From positions 1-64,000 of the IMG/VR virus record IMGVR_UViG_3300025097_002022: a stretch of DNA of 64,000 nt. The stretch is one strand, 5' to 3'. Shown here piece by piece: positions 39,195 to 48,937 of the stretch. This DNA comes from a virus. Position numbers and translations under genes: made by a program. Position 1 is the stretch's first letter. Every line of letters begins with the position of its first letter. The notes beneath the pieces were generated by a model that made no database searches, was not told where the DNA came from, and saw only the letters and a list, made by a program, of their open reading frames with translations.

Positions 39195-40784
39195 ATGTCG
39201 TTTGAACTCACTAAACAAGAAATATTAAAAGAGATTCTGAAGAGCGGAAAAGATCCAGGATACTTCATTAACAATTATGCGAGAATCGCCCATCCTCTAA
39301 AGGGCTTGATTCCGTTCAAACTATATCCGTTCCAAGAAGAACTATTAAAAGATTTCAATGATCATCGTTTCAATGTAATTTTGAAAGCGAGGCAGCTAGG
39401 GATATCCACAACAACTGCAGCATATGTTGTGTGGATGATGATGTTTCATAGAAACAAGAATATCCTTGTCATTGCAACCAAGTTCCAGACAGCGGCAAAC
39501 CTTGTTAAGAAAGTAAAACATATAATTAAGAATCTCCCGCCGTGGATGCAGATAGCCAATATCACAATTGACAACCGCGCCTCATTCGTCCTATCGAATG
39601 GTTCCGAGATCAAGGCGTCTTCAACAACCGCAGACGCTGGTCGTTCCGAAGCCCTATCTCTGCTCGTCATCGATGAGGCAGCACATGTCGAAGGGCTTGA
39701 CGAATTGTGGACGGGCTTGTATCCTACGTTGTCAACAGGTGGACGCTGTATTGCACTGAGCACTCCAAACGGTGTTGGAAACTGGTTCCATCAAATTTAT
39801 TCCGACTCAGAACAGGGGCAGAATGATTTCTTTCCAACAATACTTCAGTGGGATGTTCATCCCGATAGAGACAGAGCTTGGTTTGAAAAAGAAACAAAGA
39901 ACATGTCTCAACGCCAAATCGCCCAAGAACTTCAGTGTAATTTCAATATGTCCGGTGAGACATTGGTGCATCCGGAAGATTTGGAATGGATAGAATCTCA
40001 AATAAGGGAGCCGAAATATCGAGTCGGATTTGATCGTAACTTTTGGATTTGGGAAAAGGCTCAGCAAGATGCTAACTACCTTTTGAGTGCAGATGTAGCC
40101 CGAGGAGATGGAAAGGACAGTTCCACCCTCCATGTTTTAAAACTGGAAACAATGGAAATAGTTGCAGAATATCAAGGCAAGCCAACTCTCGATGCCTATG
40201 CGGACATGCTAAACGGAATCGGAAAAGACTATAATAACGGAATGATAGTCGTAGAAAACAACTCAGTTGGATATGCAGTATTAACAAAATTGCAAGAATT
40301 GGGGTATAATAACATATACTTTTCAGTCAAGTCAACACATGAGTATGTATCACAAATACAGGGTGAAAACATGTCCAACGCCATCGCTGGCTTTTCGACA
40401 ACATCTAAAACTCGTCCGTTGATTATCGCAAAGTTGGAAGAATTCATTAGAAATAAACTAATTACTATATATTCATCAAGAACTCTTAATGAGTTGAAGA
40501 CCTTTATTTGGAATAACGGACGCCCCGAGGCTATGAGAAGTTACAATGATGACTTGACAATGGCACTCGCAATCGGCTGCTGGGTAAGGGATACGGCATT
40601 TGAGGTAGGGAAGTTGGAACAGCAGTATCGAGAATCCTTTGTTAATTCAATGTTTGTCGCATCGACAAAATTGAATACTCAAATAAGAGGGCAAGAGGGG
40701 CATAGTAATAGTATGAGTTTAAAAGACGAAGAACAAAAAGCAATCCAGATAGCTCAACAATTTGGTTGGTTATACAAGGGATAA
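39195..40784 (+). CDS. terL: Terminase large subunit (T4 gp17-like)
   Basis: LYPFQ, KARQLGIST (Walker A), LLVIDEAAH (Walker B), LSTPNG, SADVARGDG.D, NDDLTMALA. Confidence 0.96.
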   Translation: MSFELTKQEILKEILKSGKDPGYFINNYARIAHPLKGLIPFKLYPFQEELLKDFNDHRFNVILKARQLGISTTTAAYVVWMMMFHRNKNILVIATKFQTAANLVKKVKHIIKNLPPWMQIANITIDNRASFVLSNGSEIKASSTTADAGRSEALSLLVIDEAAHVEGLDELWTGLYPTLSTGGRCIALSTPNGVGNWFHQIYSDSEQGQNDFFPTILQWDVHPDRDRAWFEKETKNMSQRQIAQELQCNFNMSGETLVHPEDLEWIESQIREPKYRVGFDRNFWIWEKAQQDANYLLSADVARGDGKDSSTLHVLKLETMEIVAEYQGKPTLDAYADMLNGIGKDYNNGMIVVENNSVGYAVLTKLQELGYNNIYFSVKSTHEYVSQIQGENMSNAIAGFSTTSKTRPLIIAKLEEFIRNKLITIYSSRTLNELKTFIWNNGRPEAMRSYNDDLTMALAIGCWVRDTAFEVGKLEQQYRESFVNSMFVASTKLNTQIRGQEGHSNSMSLKDEEQKAIQIAQQFGWLYKG

Positions 40785-40787
40785 AAC

Positions 40788-42701
40788 ATGGCAAAAAAGA
40801 ACAATCCAAAAAATAATGATTCCGCTCTCTTCAGGCAGTTAACTCGCCTGTTATCCGGACCACTTGTCAACTATAGAACGCAGACGAGCAGAAAGCTCTC
40901 CCGTGTTCAGTTGGACAAATTTAAGTTTCAGTCTGCATCTGGATTAAATTTCAAGAAGGCAAATTACAATCCATTCGAGCAACTCAGCACCGCTATTATG
41001 GCGAACCAAATGCGTGCCGAGCGCTACCAAGACTTCGAACAAATGGAGTACACTCCCGAGATTGCCTCCGCTCTTGACATTTATGCAGACGAGATGACAA
41101 CCTCATCAGACTTGCAACCCCTTCTGTCAATCAAGTGTCCAAATGAGGAGATCAAGTCAGTTCTTGCTGAACTCTATCAAACTGTTTTAAATATCGAGTT
41201 CAACTTGTTCGGCTGGTGCCGCACGATGTGTAAGTATGGAGATTTCTTTCTCTATCTTGATATCGACGAAAGACTCGGAGTGCAATCCGTTGTTGGACTT
41301 CCAACTCACGAGATTGAGCGACTTGAAGGTGAAGACAAGACAAATCCAAAATATATTCAGTTTCAATGGAACTCTGGCGGACTTACATTTGAAAACTGGC
41401 AAATCGGACATTTCCGAATTCTCGGGAACGACAAATACGCTCCCTATGGGACATCTGTCCTCGAACCCGCCCGTCGTATCTTCCGCCAACTTATCCTACT
41501 CGAAGACGCTATGATGGCGTATCGTATTGTTAGGGCACCAGAACGCCGCGTATTCTACATTGATGTCGGAAATGTATCCCCATCAGATGTAGAGCAGTAC
41601 ATGCAGAAAGTAATGACGCAGATGAAGCGCAACCAAGTTGTCGATTCATCTACCGGAAGAGTTGATCTACGATATAATCCAATGTCAACCGAGGAGGACT
41701 ATTTCATTCCCGTCCGAGGTGGAGTGTCATCTAAAATTGATACCTTGGCTGGAGGTTCTTATACTGGAGACATCGACGATGTCAAGTACTTGAGAGACAA
41801 GCTGTTCTCAGCACTTAAGGTTCCCGCCTCCTATCTCTCTCGCTCAGAGGGCGCAGAAGAAGACAAAACAACTCTTGCTCAGAAAGACATTCGATTCGCC
41901 AGAACGATTCAAAGACTTCAAAGATCAGTTCTCGCCGAGTTGGAGAAGATTGGTATTATTCACTTATACACTCTCGGATACAAAGGAGCAGATTTAATTA
42001 GCTTTAAGCTATCCCTGAACAATCCATCTAAAATCGCGGAACTCCAAGAGTTGGAGCACTGGAACACCAAGTTCGACATCGCCGCGTCGGCAACAGATGG
42101 ATTCTTCTCCCGTCGCTGGGTTGCCGACAACATCTTTAACCTATCAGAAGAAGAATTCCTACGCAACCAAAGAGAGATGTTCTACGACAGAAAGCTTGAC
42201 GCCGAACTCGAAGCAGTCGCTGCCGCAACCGAAGCAGAAGGCGGCGGAGGTGCCGACTTAGGCGGAGACTTGGGCGCCGATTTGGGCGGAGACTTAGGCG
42301 GAGACTTAGGTGGGGAAGAGGATTTTGAAGACACAAATATTGCAGATGATGTAACTGCCGGAGATGAAGATCCACTCCTCGCCGCACCTGGAAAGAGAGA
42401 TGACCGCCGAACGGGACAAAGTGGTCCAAGAAAACGACGCACTCGAAGTAAAGCACGAGGCGTAGAAGTAAATACTCCTCGAAAGAATAACCCAGGAGGA
42501 GTGGGATACGAAACTTTACACCACCTATCTTCTGCCAGTGGAGAGTTTAGGAACGCTGGACTTTTTCAAGAAGAGGTTGATTTGGTTGATAAAGTTGAAG
42601 AAAGAAAGTTATTCGAGGTGAAACAGGAGATTAAGAAACTAATTACAGAGCTAGATAATAGCAAGTTAGGTGGAACAGATGAAAAGAAACAAGCACAATA
42701 A
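40788..42701 (+). CDS. gp20: Portal protein (T4 gp20-like)
   Basis: PEIASALD.YADE, LLEDAMMAYRIVRAPERRVFYIDVGN, EEDYFIPVRG, IDDVKY...KL..AL.VP. Confidence 0.96.
   Translation: MAKKNNPKNNDSALFRQLTRLLSGPLVNYRTQTSRKLSRVQLDKFKFQSASGLNFKKANYNPFEQLSTAIMANQMRAERYQDFEQMEYTPEIASALDIYADEMTTSSDLQPLLSIKCPNEEIKSVLAELYQTVLNIEFNLFGWCRTMCKYGDFFLYLDIDERLGVQSVVGLPTHEIERLEGEDKTNPKYIQFQWNSGGLTFENWQIGHFRILGNDKYAPYGTSVLEPARRIFRQLILLEDAMMAYRIVRAPERRVFYIDVGNVSPSDVEQYMQKVMTQMKRNQVVDSSTGRVDLRYNPMSTEEDYFIPVRGGVSSKIDTLAGGSYTGDIDDVKYLRDKLFSALKVPASYLSRSEGAEEDKTTLAQKDIRFARTIQRLQRSVLAELEKIGIIHLYTLGYKGADLISFKLSLNNPSKIAELQELEHWNTKFDIAASATDGFFSRRWVADNIFNLSEEEFLRNQREMFYDRKLDAELEAVAAATEAEGGGGADLGGDLGADLGGDLGGDLGGEEDFEDTNIADDVTAGDEDPLLAAPGKRDDRRTGQSGPRKRRTRSKARGVEVNTPRKNNPGGVGYETLHHLSSASGEFRNAGLFQEEVDLVDKVEERKLFEVKQEIKKLITELDNSKLGGTDEKKQAQ
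42249..42311 (+). repeat. Imperfect 12-bp coding repeat, G(A/G)DL x5, in the portal C-terminal tail
   Basis: Encodes GADLGGDLGADLGGDLGGDLG. Confidence 0.85.
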
Positions 42702-43515
42702 GAAAAGAAACACTGCCTTTTTATATGAGGCGCTCGTCAGAGAGATAACTAAAGCGGTTGTTTCCGGAGACAAATCCGCAAAAAAGACTGCAGTGATGAT
42801 ATTGAAAGAATCATTTTCTCCTCGAACAATTTTGTCAAAAGAGTTGGAGTTATTCAATGCGCTTCTCGAAACAAATGATTTAGACACCCTGACGGCGGAA
42901 AAGTTAACATTTCAAGTCCGACAAGCCCACTCTGCAATGAATTCCGACGAGATTCATGAAGCACAGAGTCATTTAATAAATCGAATCAATCGAGAACTTT
43001 CATCTGGAGTTTTTGGAAACTTTGTTCCAAATTACAAGAACATCGCAACTGTCGCACAGCTATTTGGATCAGACTCGGATGTCACGAGTGTTAAATCCGC
43101 CGTCCTTCTTGAACAGGAGATTGTTTCATCTCTGACTTTGAAATCTGCAGTCAAAGAAGAGAAGACGATGAAACCAATCGATAACTTAGTGTTCAACACT
43201 TTTGTATCTAAATATAACGAAACATACTCCAGCGGAATTTTAAGCGAACAGAAAGAATTGCTTAATAGATATATTTTATCATTTTCCGATAACGGAGTGG
43301 ATGTAAGTATTTATCTTAATGAAGAGTTGGGAAGACTTCACGATGTTTTGAGAGCTTCTCTTGAGTCAGAAGAAATTGTGTCCGACAAGAGTATGGTGGA
43401 ATCAACAAGAGAGGTTTTGCTAATGATTAATGGATTCAGAGAGACGCCAGTTGACAAGGCACTAATTGAGAAGGTTTTAAAGATTCAAAACTTAGCTCAC
43501 GAGATTCAGATGTAA
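42679..43515 (+). CDS. Hypothetical head-module protein (278 aa)
   Basis: KHNKKRNTAFLYEALVRE N-terminus; overlaps the portal end; ACTAATTA late-like motif at 42638. Confidence 0.7.
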   Translation: MKRNKHNKKRNTAFLYEALVREITKAVVSGDKSAKKTAVMILKESFSPRTILSKELELFNALLETNDLDTLTAEKLTFQVRQAHSAMNSDEIHEAQSHLINRINRELSSGVFGNFVPNYKNIATVAQLFGSDSDVTSVKSAVLLEQEIVSSLTLKSAVKEEKTMKPIDNLVFNTFVSKYNETYSSGILSEQKELLNRYILSFSDNGVDVSIYLNEELGRLHDVLRASLESEEIVSDKSMVESTREVLLMINGFRETPVDKALIEKVLKIQNLAHEIQM

Positions 43516-44054
43516 TGAGTATCAAAGTAACTATCCCACATGTCAAGAACAAACTCGGAATAAAAGAAGATATAAGTCTTGATGTTCGCAAGACACTTGG
43601 AAATCAGTTGGTTGTATTTGATCACCCTGATGTTGATATCGTGATATATCCCGAGAGCAAAAAGATTCTTGCCCTCGCAAAGCATATTACGAATGAAGAA
43701 GTTTACGACACTCAGGATAGGTTGTTTCTTCTCCTAAGAACCGAAGGGCTTATTGAACCAGAGAGCGTCCGTTCAGGGTATGTTTATGGCTCCATGGAGG
43801 CTCAAATGTTTCTGAACGAAGAAATTGACATGGTTCAGGCAGCGCTTTATAGTATCAACAAGTTCATTATCGAAGAGAAGCCATACTTCGAACACATCGA
43901 AGAGTTTGAGAGAGCAGTGAACGACTATCTAACAGAACCAGAAAGCAGCGACTCAACCGAACTAGGCGAAGTCCCTCAAGAGCCAGTCAAGGGTTCCATC
44001 CGTCCAGGCTGGATACGAGGTCCATACGGCATGAGTATAATGAATCGGAACTAA
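43515..44054 (+). CDS. Hypothetical protein (179 aa)
   Basis: ORF coupled to the upstream gene by TAATG. Confidence 0.65.
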   Translation: MSIKVTIPHVKNKLGIKEDISLDVRKTLGNQLVVFDHPDVDIVIYPESKKILALAKHITNEEVYDTQDRLFLLLRTEGLIEPESVRSGYVYGSMEAQMFLNEEIDMVQAALYSINKFIIEEKPYFEHIEEFERAVNDYLTEPESSDSTELGEVPQEPVKGSIRPGWIRGPYGMSIMNRN

Positions 44055-44055
44055 T

Positions 44056-44355
44056 GTGGAACTCATCTACTTCGTTCTTGCCTCATTTGGCTTAACACAG
44101 ATTCTTGCCTACGGCACAATATTTGACTCCATCCGTCCGACAAAGGGAAAGATAGGAGAACTATTCCAATGTTCAATGTGTTTAGGCACTTGGGTGGGAG
44201 CGTTTTTGTTCGGCATAAATGCTTTCACAGAACTATTTACATTTGACTATAATATCGCCAACCTGTTGATATTGAGTTCATTATCGTCTGGGACATCTTA
44301 TGTTCTGGATAAAATGATTTCAGACGACGGAATACAAATAGGGAAGAACAAATGA
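44056..44355 (+). CDS. DUF1360-like small membrane protein with CxxC
   Basis: IFDSIR...IGELFQCSMCLGTWVG motif and three hydrophobic segments. Confidence 0.65.
   Translation: MELIYFVLASFGLTQILAYGTIFDSIRPTKGKIGELFQCSMCLGTWVGAFLFGINAFTELFTFDYNIANLLILSSLSSGTSYVLDKMISDDGIQIGKNK
44232..44239 (+). promoter_or_regulatory. Putative internal late promoter ACTATTTA
   Basis: Exact motif inside the DUF1360-like gene, upstream of the micro-ORF and protease. Confidence 0.45.
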
Positions 44356-44414
44356 ATAATTGGACAGATAGATGGATGTTGCAACCAGTAAGGCGATGCT
44401 GCAAAGGCAGTTGA
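44352..44414 (+). CDS. Putative 20-aa micro-ORF MNNWTDRWMLQPVRRCCKGS
   Basis: ATGA overlap with the upstream stop, purine-rich AGGGAAG upstream, and fills the gap before the protease gene. Confidence 0.45.
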   Translation: MNNWTDRWMLQPVRRCCKGS

Positions 44415-44447
44415 CTCACGCTGGTAACGCCAGCATAGGAAAATAAA

Positions 44448-45053
44448 ATGAGTGATAAACTACTAATAACCGAATACTACTCGCTTTGCGAAGGTGGAGT
44501 CTGTCAAGACTACCTAACTGAAAACGAGAAACGCATGGTTCGTGAGGACGGAGCAATGTTTTTGACAGGTGTGATGCAAAGAGCAAACACCAAAAACGGA
44601 AACGGCAGACGCTACCCTTACAGCATCCTTGAACGAGAGATGAACAACTATCAGAAACTCATTAAAGAGCGCAGAGCATTAGGCGAACTCGATCACCCCG
44701 ACCAAGCAGTCATTAACCTCGCCAACGCATCACACTTAGTCGTAGAGGCTTGGTGGGAAGGTAACGATGTTATGGGCAAAATCCAAATTCTGAAAACGCC
44801 ATCAGGAATGATACTCCGCTCATTGGTTGAGTCTGGCGTAACTCTCGGCATATCATCGAGAGGAATGGGTTCAGTAACAGAAACCGCCGATGGCACCATC
44901 GTTGAAGACGACTTCAACCTTGTATGCTACGACATGGTTTCCGAACCATCTACAACAGGAGCGTTTATGATGAAAGAGGGCAAGGAGCCCAACATCATAA
45001 CCAAAGCAGATAGAATAAACCGAGCGTTGAATGACGTATTGAGGGATAAGTGA
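44448..45053 (+). CDS. gp21: Prohead maturation protease (T4 gp21-like)
   Basis: N.NGR.Y, ALGELDHP, SH, TPSG, LGISSRGMGS, DMVSEPST..A. Confidence 0.95.
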   Translation: MSDKLLITEYYSLCEGGVCQDYLTENEKRMVREDGAMFLTGVMQRANTKNGNGRRYPYSILEREMNNYQKLIKERRALGELDHPDQAVINLANASHLVVEAWWEGNDVMGKIQILKTPSGMILRSLVESGVTLGISSRGMGSVTETADGTIVEDDFNLVCYDMVSEPSTTGAFMMKEGKEPNIITKADRINRALNDVLRDK

Positions 45054-45496
45054 AGAAATCAGAACTAAAAACAGTCTTACGTCCATTGATAAAAGAGTGC
45101 GTAAAAGAAGTAATATTTGAAGATGGCGTCCTGTCCGGAATAATTTCAGAAGTGGTTCAAGGCTTGGGTAGTAAGTCACTTATAGAATCAAAACAATCTG
45201 CTTCCCCCACGACACAGACATCACAACGAAATGATGCAGAAGAAGCACGACAACAACAGCTTGCCAAAATCAAAGCAATGGAAAAAGCGAAAGAAACTCG
45301 AAAGAAGATGCTCGATGCCATAGGCAAAGACGCCTTCGGCGGAGTTGATTTGTTCGAGGGCACCACTCCCGCCAAAGCATCAGTTGAGTCAAAGCAGGGA
45401 GACCCTCTTTCAGGAGTTTCTCCAAGTGACGCCGGCGTTGATATAAGTAATTTATTCGGAGGTGTTAATAAAACTTGGCATCGCCACAACAAATAA
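45050..45496 (+). CDS. Hypothetical head-module protein with helical [LIV]xE-rich N-terminus
   Basis: MKKSELK..LRPLIKECVKEVIFE..; GTG start overlapping the protease stop. Confidence 0.65.
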   Translation: MKKSELKTVLRPLIKECVKEVIFEDGVLSGIISEVVQGLGSKSLIESKQSASPTTQTSQRNDAEEARQQQLAKIKAMEKAKETRKKMLDAIGKDAFGGVDLFEGTTPAKASVESKQGDPLSGVSPSDAGVDISNLFGGVNKTWHRHNK

Positions 45497-45505
45497 GAGA
45501 AGACA

Positions 45506-45730
45506 ATGAGTAAAATATCCAACCTTACAGTGAAGCCTTTGAAAAAAGGAAACGATACTGAAGAAAAAATGATAAAGAGATTTATTCGTAAGGCAAAAAA
45601 GAGAGAGATAGTTAAGCAGGTCCGAGAGAGAAGGCATTTTAGAAAACCTTCTGAGATTCGAAATGAAAGAAATATTCGAATTAAGAGAGAGTTGGCAAAA
45701 AATAAGAAGATAAGAGATAGTAATAACTAA
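45506..45730 (+). CDS. rpsU: Phage-encoded ribosomal protein bS21 homolog
   Basis: EKMIKRFIRKAKKREIVKQVRERRHFRKPSEIR matches the bS21 pattern (E.AL+RF++......+..E.+.R..Y/F.KPS..R); 74 aa, very basic. Confidence 0.85.
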   Translation: MSKISNLTVKPLKKGNDTEEKMIKRFIRKAKKREIVKQVRERRHFRKPSEIRNERNIRIKRELAKNKKIRDSNN

Positions 45731-45733
45731 TTA
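45726..45733 (+). promoter_or_regulatory. Putative late promoter variant ACTAATTA
   Basis: Overlaps the bS21 stop; followed by GGAG SD and the ATG at 45761. Confidence 0.5.
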
Positions 45734-45760
45734 TAAAGAAATATTGGAGTTTAATATATT

Positions 45761-46180
45761 ATGGGATCTGGACCTTTCAACACATACCGAGTCGGATTAA
45801 GCAATGTCGGCTCATATCAAGTATCGGGTATGCCGTGGATTACTGGCTCGTCAGCACTTGCCGCCGGGCAAGAAGTCAGCTACAGTTTTCCCATGGTTAC
45901 AAAATCAATTACTGTAATTAACGGAAGCGGCGAAGATATCCGCGTACACTTTAATTCAACTGGTTCAGGAGATGTAGTCTCTGGTTTACATTATGTTCTT
46001 TTTGATTCAAAAGAGGATTCCTATACCTTCAATGTAAAAGCTAAAGAAATTTATGTATCAGCACCAGCGACAAATGCTGGAAATGCAAGCTTCACTGTTG
46101 TGGCTGAGTTGACGCAAATTGGAGTTTCAAGCATGTATGCTTTGACTGGCTCTGGTTTAACGACTCTTGACGGGAGTTAA
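45761..46180 (+). CDS. Small putative capsid decoration/structural protein
   Basis: Beta-rich 139-aa protein in the head module with repeated TGS. Confidence 0.55.
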   Translation: MGSGPFNTYRVGLSNVGSYQVSGMPWITGSSALAAGQEVSYSFPMVTKSITVINGSGEDIRVHFNSTGSGDVVSGLHYVLFDSKEDSYTFNVKAKEIYVSAPATNAGNASFTVVAELTQIGVSSMYALTGSGLTTLDGS

Positions 46181-46182
46181 TA

Positions 46183-46938
46183 ATGGGATACGCCGGAAGC
46201 AATTATGAACCAGGCATGTCGCCCGAGAGTGGCTCCATCGCAGGACCAGGAAGTTATGTCGGATTAAATACTGATGGAGAGTTCGTGTTGACTTCTTCCG
46301 CCGGAGGTGGAGGTGGAGGGTCAGCAGCAGGTGCAGATACTCAAATCCAATTCAACGATGGAGGATCAGCTTTTGGCGCGTCAGGCGGGTTAACTTGGGA
46401 CGATACTAATTTATTTGCAACTAAGGCGATATTGGGAGTCACAGCAGCGACACTGACTCTTCACAAAGGTGAGTTGTCAAAGTTGATGGCAATTGATTCT
46501 GGATCAAGTAAATACACAACCCAGTATGACTCTATTCTCGGACTCCAAGGGGATGTCATCTCCATTGGAGGAACTACAGTTGTTCAAGGAGGCTTATATT
46601 ATCTCGCTTCAAATGGCGGCTGGGCACCTGCCAAGGGAGACGATGACGCAACCGGCGGAAATCAACTCCTCAGTATCGCCCTTGGGACGAATTCTACAAC
46701 TCATGGAATGTTTTCAAAAGGAGTTGTCAGAATTACGGGCTCAGCAGTAGATGATGCAATGACAATTGGCGCCCCAGTATATTTATCCACTGGCTCAGCA
46801 GGAAAGCTTCAATTCACCACCCCCTCTACAACAGGAGACATAGTTCGTCAAGTTGGATATTGTCTTGATATTAACGGATCTGATGTGGATATGTTGATTT
46901 TATTTGAACCGTCAGATACATTCATTGAAATAGCGTAA
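46183..46938 (+). CDS. Putative head fibre/decoration protein
   Basis: GADTQIQFNDGG.FG fibre motif; C-terminal GAPVYLS...G...T.P...G..VR.VG cement-like domain. Confidence 0.55.
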   Translation: MGYAGSNYEPGMSPESGSIAGPGSYVGLNTDGEFVLTSSAGGGGGGSAAGADTQIQFNDGGSAFGASGGLTWDDTNLFATKAILGVTAATLTLHKGELSKLMAIDSGSSKYTTQYDSILGLQGDVISIGGTTVVQGGLYYLASNGGWAPAKGDDDATGGNQLLSIALGTNSTTHGMFSKGVVRITGSAVDDAMTIGAPVYLSTGSAGKLQFTTPSTTGDIVRQVGYCLDINGSDVDMLILFEPSDTFIEIA

Positions 46939-46970
46939 ATAAATAAGGATGTATATAACCCAATTTGCTC

Positions 46971-46978
46971 CCTATTTA
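46971..46978 (+). promoter_or_regulatory. Putative late promoter variant CCTATTTA(TA)
   Basis: Intergenic; AAGGAG SD follows before the ATG at 47015. Confidence 0.55.
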
Positions 46979-47014
46979 TAATGAGCGTTTTTATATAAGG
47001 AGCATTGTTATAAA

Positions 47015-48937
47015 ATGGGCGAATTTTCCTGGGCATATATTAGTGGAGGAGGCATGTCCTCCAGTGGACCAACTGGTTCCCTCCAATTCAGAGTTCCTGA
47101 TGCAGGTTCCAACACTTCAATAAGTGGCTCTTCCGAGTTGATGTGGCATACTGCATCGAGCATGCTTGCAATAACTGGTAGCGTCGAGATATCAGGAACT
47201 CTCACGGCTAACCAATACAATGTCAATGTTATCGACAAGACGGTAACAAACATTTCCGCAAGCGGCGACACCATCTTCGGCGATACTGCCGACGACACAC
47301 ATCAGTTCACTGGCTCTGTCTATGTTAATGGTCCTTTGTCCGCATCAGCGAACATATCCGCCTCCGCCTACTACGGCGATGGCTCAACGCTAACAGGAAT
47401 CTCACCCACTAGCATGTCTGGCGCATCGGGACAATTCAACACCCTCTCGGGACTGCTTATTACAAGCGGCAATGTATATTTGGGCGACGGAGCCTCTGAT
47501 ATTACAACGATTGCCGGTCAACTAACTGCATCGCAGGGCGCTCTTTTCGGCGAGCGAGTGATGATAGTTGATGACAAGAGCTTAGTTTTTGGCAATCAAG
47601 GCGATTCAATCATCAGATATGATGAAGCAGGTTCAGACGCATTAGTCGTCTCAGGCTCTTCCACAGGATTGTGGCTCGGCGGAGGCTCAGTCATTATAGA
47701 CAGCGCTGTAACGCAGATAACAGGAGCGATAGAACTCACAGGTTCGGGACAATCATTACTTACATTGCACGCTCGCGATGCAGATGCTCTAAAAGAAATC
47801 GTCTTCTTGAAAGATGGAGCAACCGCAGCAGCCATTCAGATTAACTCTAGCGAGCATTTGTTTATCGAGAACGAGAATACTAAAGATATTATCCTGAGAA
47901 CAAACAACCAGAACGCTCTTAGAGTTATTGGATCTCAAAGAAAGGTAATAGTCGGAGCAGTTTCAAAGACATCTGCGAATGCTGAACTTGATGTCGAGGG
48001 AAACGCCATTGTCTCTGGAACTCTTACTACTACTGATGACATCAATCTATTAAACGACAAGAAGCTCAACTTGGGCGATTCCGCCGATGCTCTTATCGAA
48101 TACGATTCAGGAATAGGCAGACTCGTTATTTCAGGCTCCGCCATAGGTATGGACCTAGTGGGTGGCAACATAGGTGTGGATTACCCAGGCGGAACAGTGG
48201 TTTCTGGTACTGCTGGCGGCGCAGGTAGTTTTCTCGCACTCAACAGTTCTCACCAAGTTGTAGTGGCAACGCCAGCAGGAGGAGGTTCGGCATTCCCGTA
48301 TACAGGCGATGCACAGATAACAGGCGGATTGGCAGTAACAAGCGGTAGTACACAGGTTTTTGAAATAGACTCCAGCGATTCTGGACTCGGCGCAGTTCGC
48401 GGAAGAATGGTTCAACACATACGAAGCGGATTCACCCTTTCATCCGGCTCACCGGCAAACACAGGTCGCTGGATTTCCCTCGGCGGAAGCCCGGCAACTG
48501 TTGCCTCGGGGTTGTCCAACTCTAATGTTATGATAACTCCGTTTTCAGGACGACTTATAAGTGTTACATATCATTTTCCAGCCGGTGCTAGTAAACAAGA
48601 TCCGAGCAAGGGGCAACCACAGTGGGAGCTTTGGGTTGGAGACGTAAACGCTCTCAAAGGGCAGAGTCTTTCAAGTGCCGTATCTATTGTCGCTCAGGCT
48701 ACAGCTTCATCATGGCCTGGTGAACTTATCGTCGGAGGATTTAATGTGCAATCCGGTCAGGGCACTCTCGGAGGAACAAATACAACTGGAAGCTGGTCAT
48801 TTGGCACAGGCTCTGTCGTTGCTCTGAAATTCAAATCAGGAGACGCATCCAACAATAATTACCCAGGACAGTCCGTCATGACAACTGTATGGGAGTTCGA
48901 TCAGTTAGATCCTTATATCAGTGGTTCTGGCAACTAA
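47015..48937 (+). CDS. Fibre-like virion protein (640 aa)
   Basis: GPTGSLQF, SGDTIFGDTADDTHQFTGS, DDK.L.FG...D..I.YD repeats and AFPYTGDAQITG; trimeric beta-fibre character. Confidence 0.65.
   Translation: MGEFSWAYISGGGMSSSGPTGSLQFRVPDAGSNTSISGSSELMWHTASSMLAITGSVEISGTLTANQYNVNVIDKTVTNISASGDTIFGDTADDTHQFTGSVYVNGPLSASANISASAYYGDGSTLTGISPTSMSGASGQFNTLSGLLITSGNVYLGDGASDITTIAGQLTASQGALFGERVMIVDDKSLVFGNQGDSIIRYDEAGSDALVVSGSSTGLWLGGGSVIIDSAVTQITGAIELTGSGQSLLTLHARDADALKEIVFLKDGATAAAIQINSSEHLFIENENTKDIILRTNNQNALRVIGSQRKVIVGAVSKTSANAELDVEGNAIVSGTLTTTDDINLLNDKKLNLGDSADALIEYDSGIGRLVISGSAIGMDLVGGNIGVDYPGGTVVSGTAGGAGSFLALNSSHQVVVATPAGGGSAFPYTGDAQITGGLAVTSGSTQVFEIDSSDSGLGAVRGRMVQHIRSGFTLSSGSPANTGRWISLGGSPATVASGLSNSNVMITPFSGRLISVTYHFPAGASKQDPSKGQPQWELWVGDVNALKGQSLSSAVSIVAQATASSWPGELIVGGFNVQSGQGTLGGTNTTGSWSFGTGSVVALKFKSGDASNNNYPGQSVMTTVWEFDQLDPYISGSGN

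Noticed and set aside
38499-40464. Intragenic late-motif variants ACTACTTA (38499) and ACTAATTA (40457)
   Set aside because: Plausible internal promoters, but one-mismatch AT-rich 8-mers also arise by chance in coding DNA, so they were not listed as features.
44412-44438. TGA followed by a hairpin as a possible selenocysteine/SECIS signal
   Set aside because: Readthrough would add only seven residues after the TGA before a TAG, the context is not CxxU/UxxC, and the hairpin is too short to call a SECIS.
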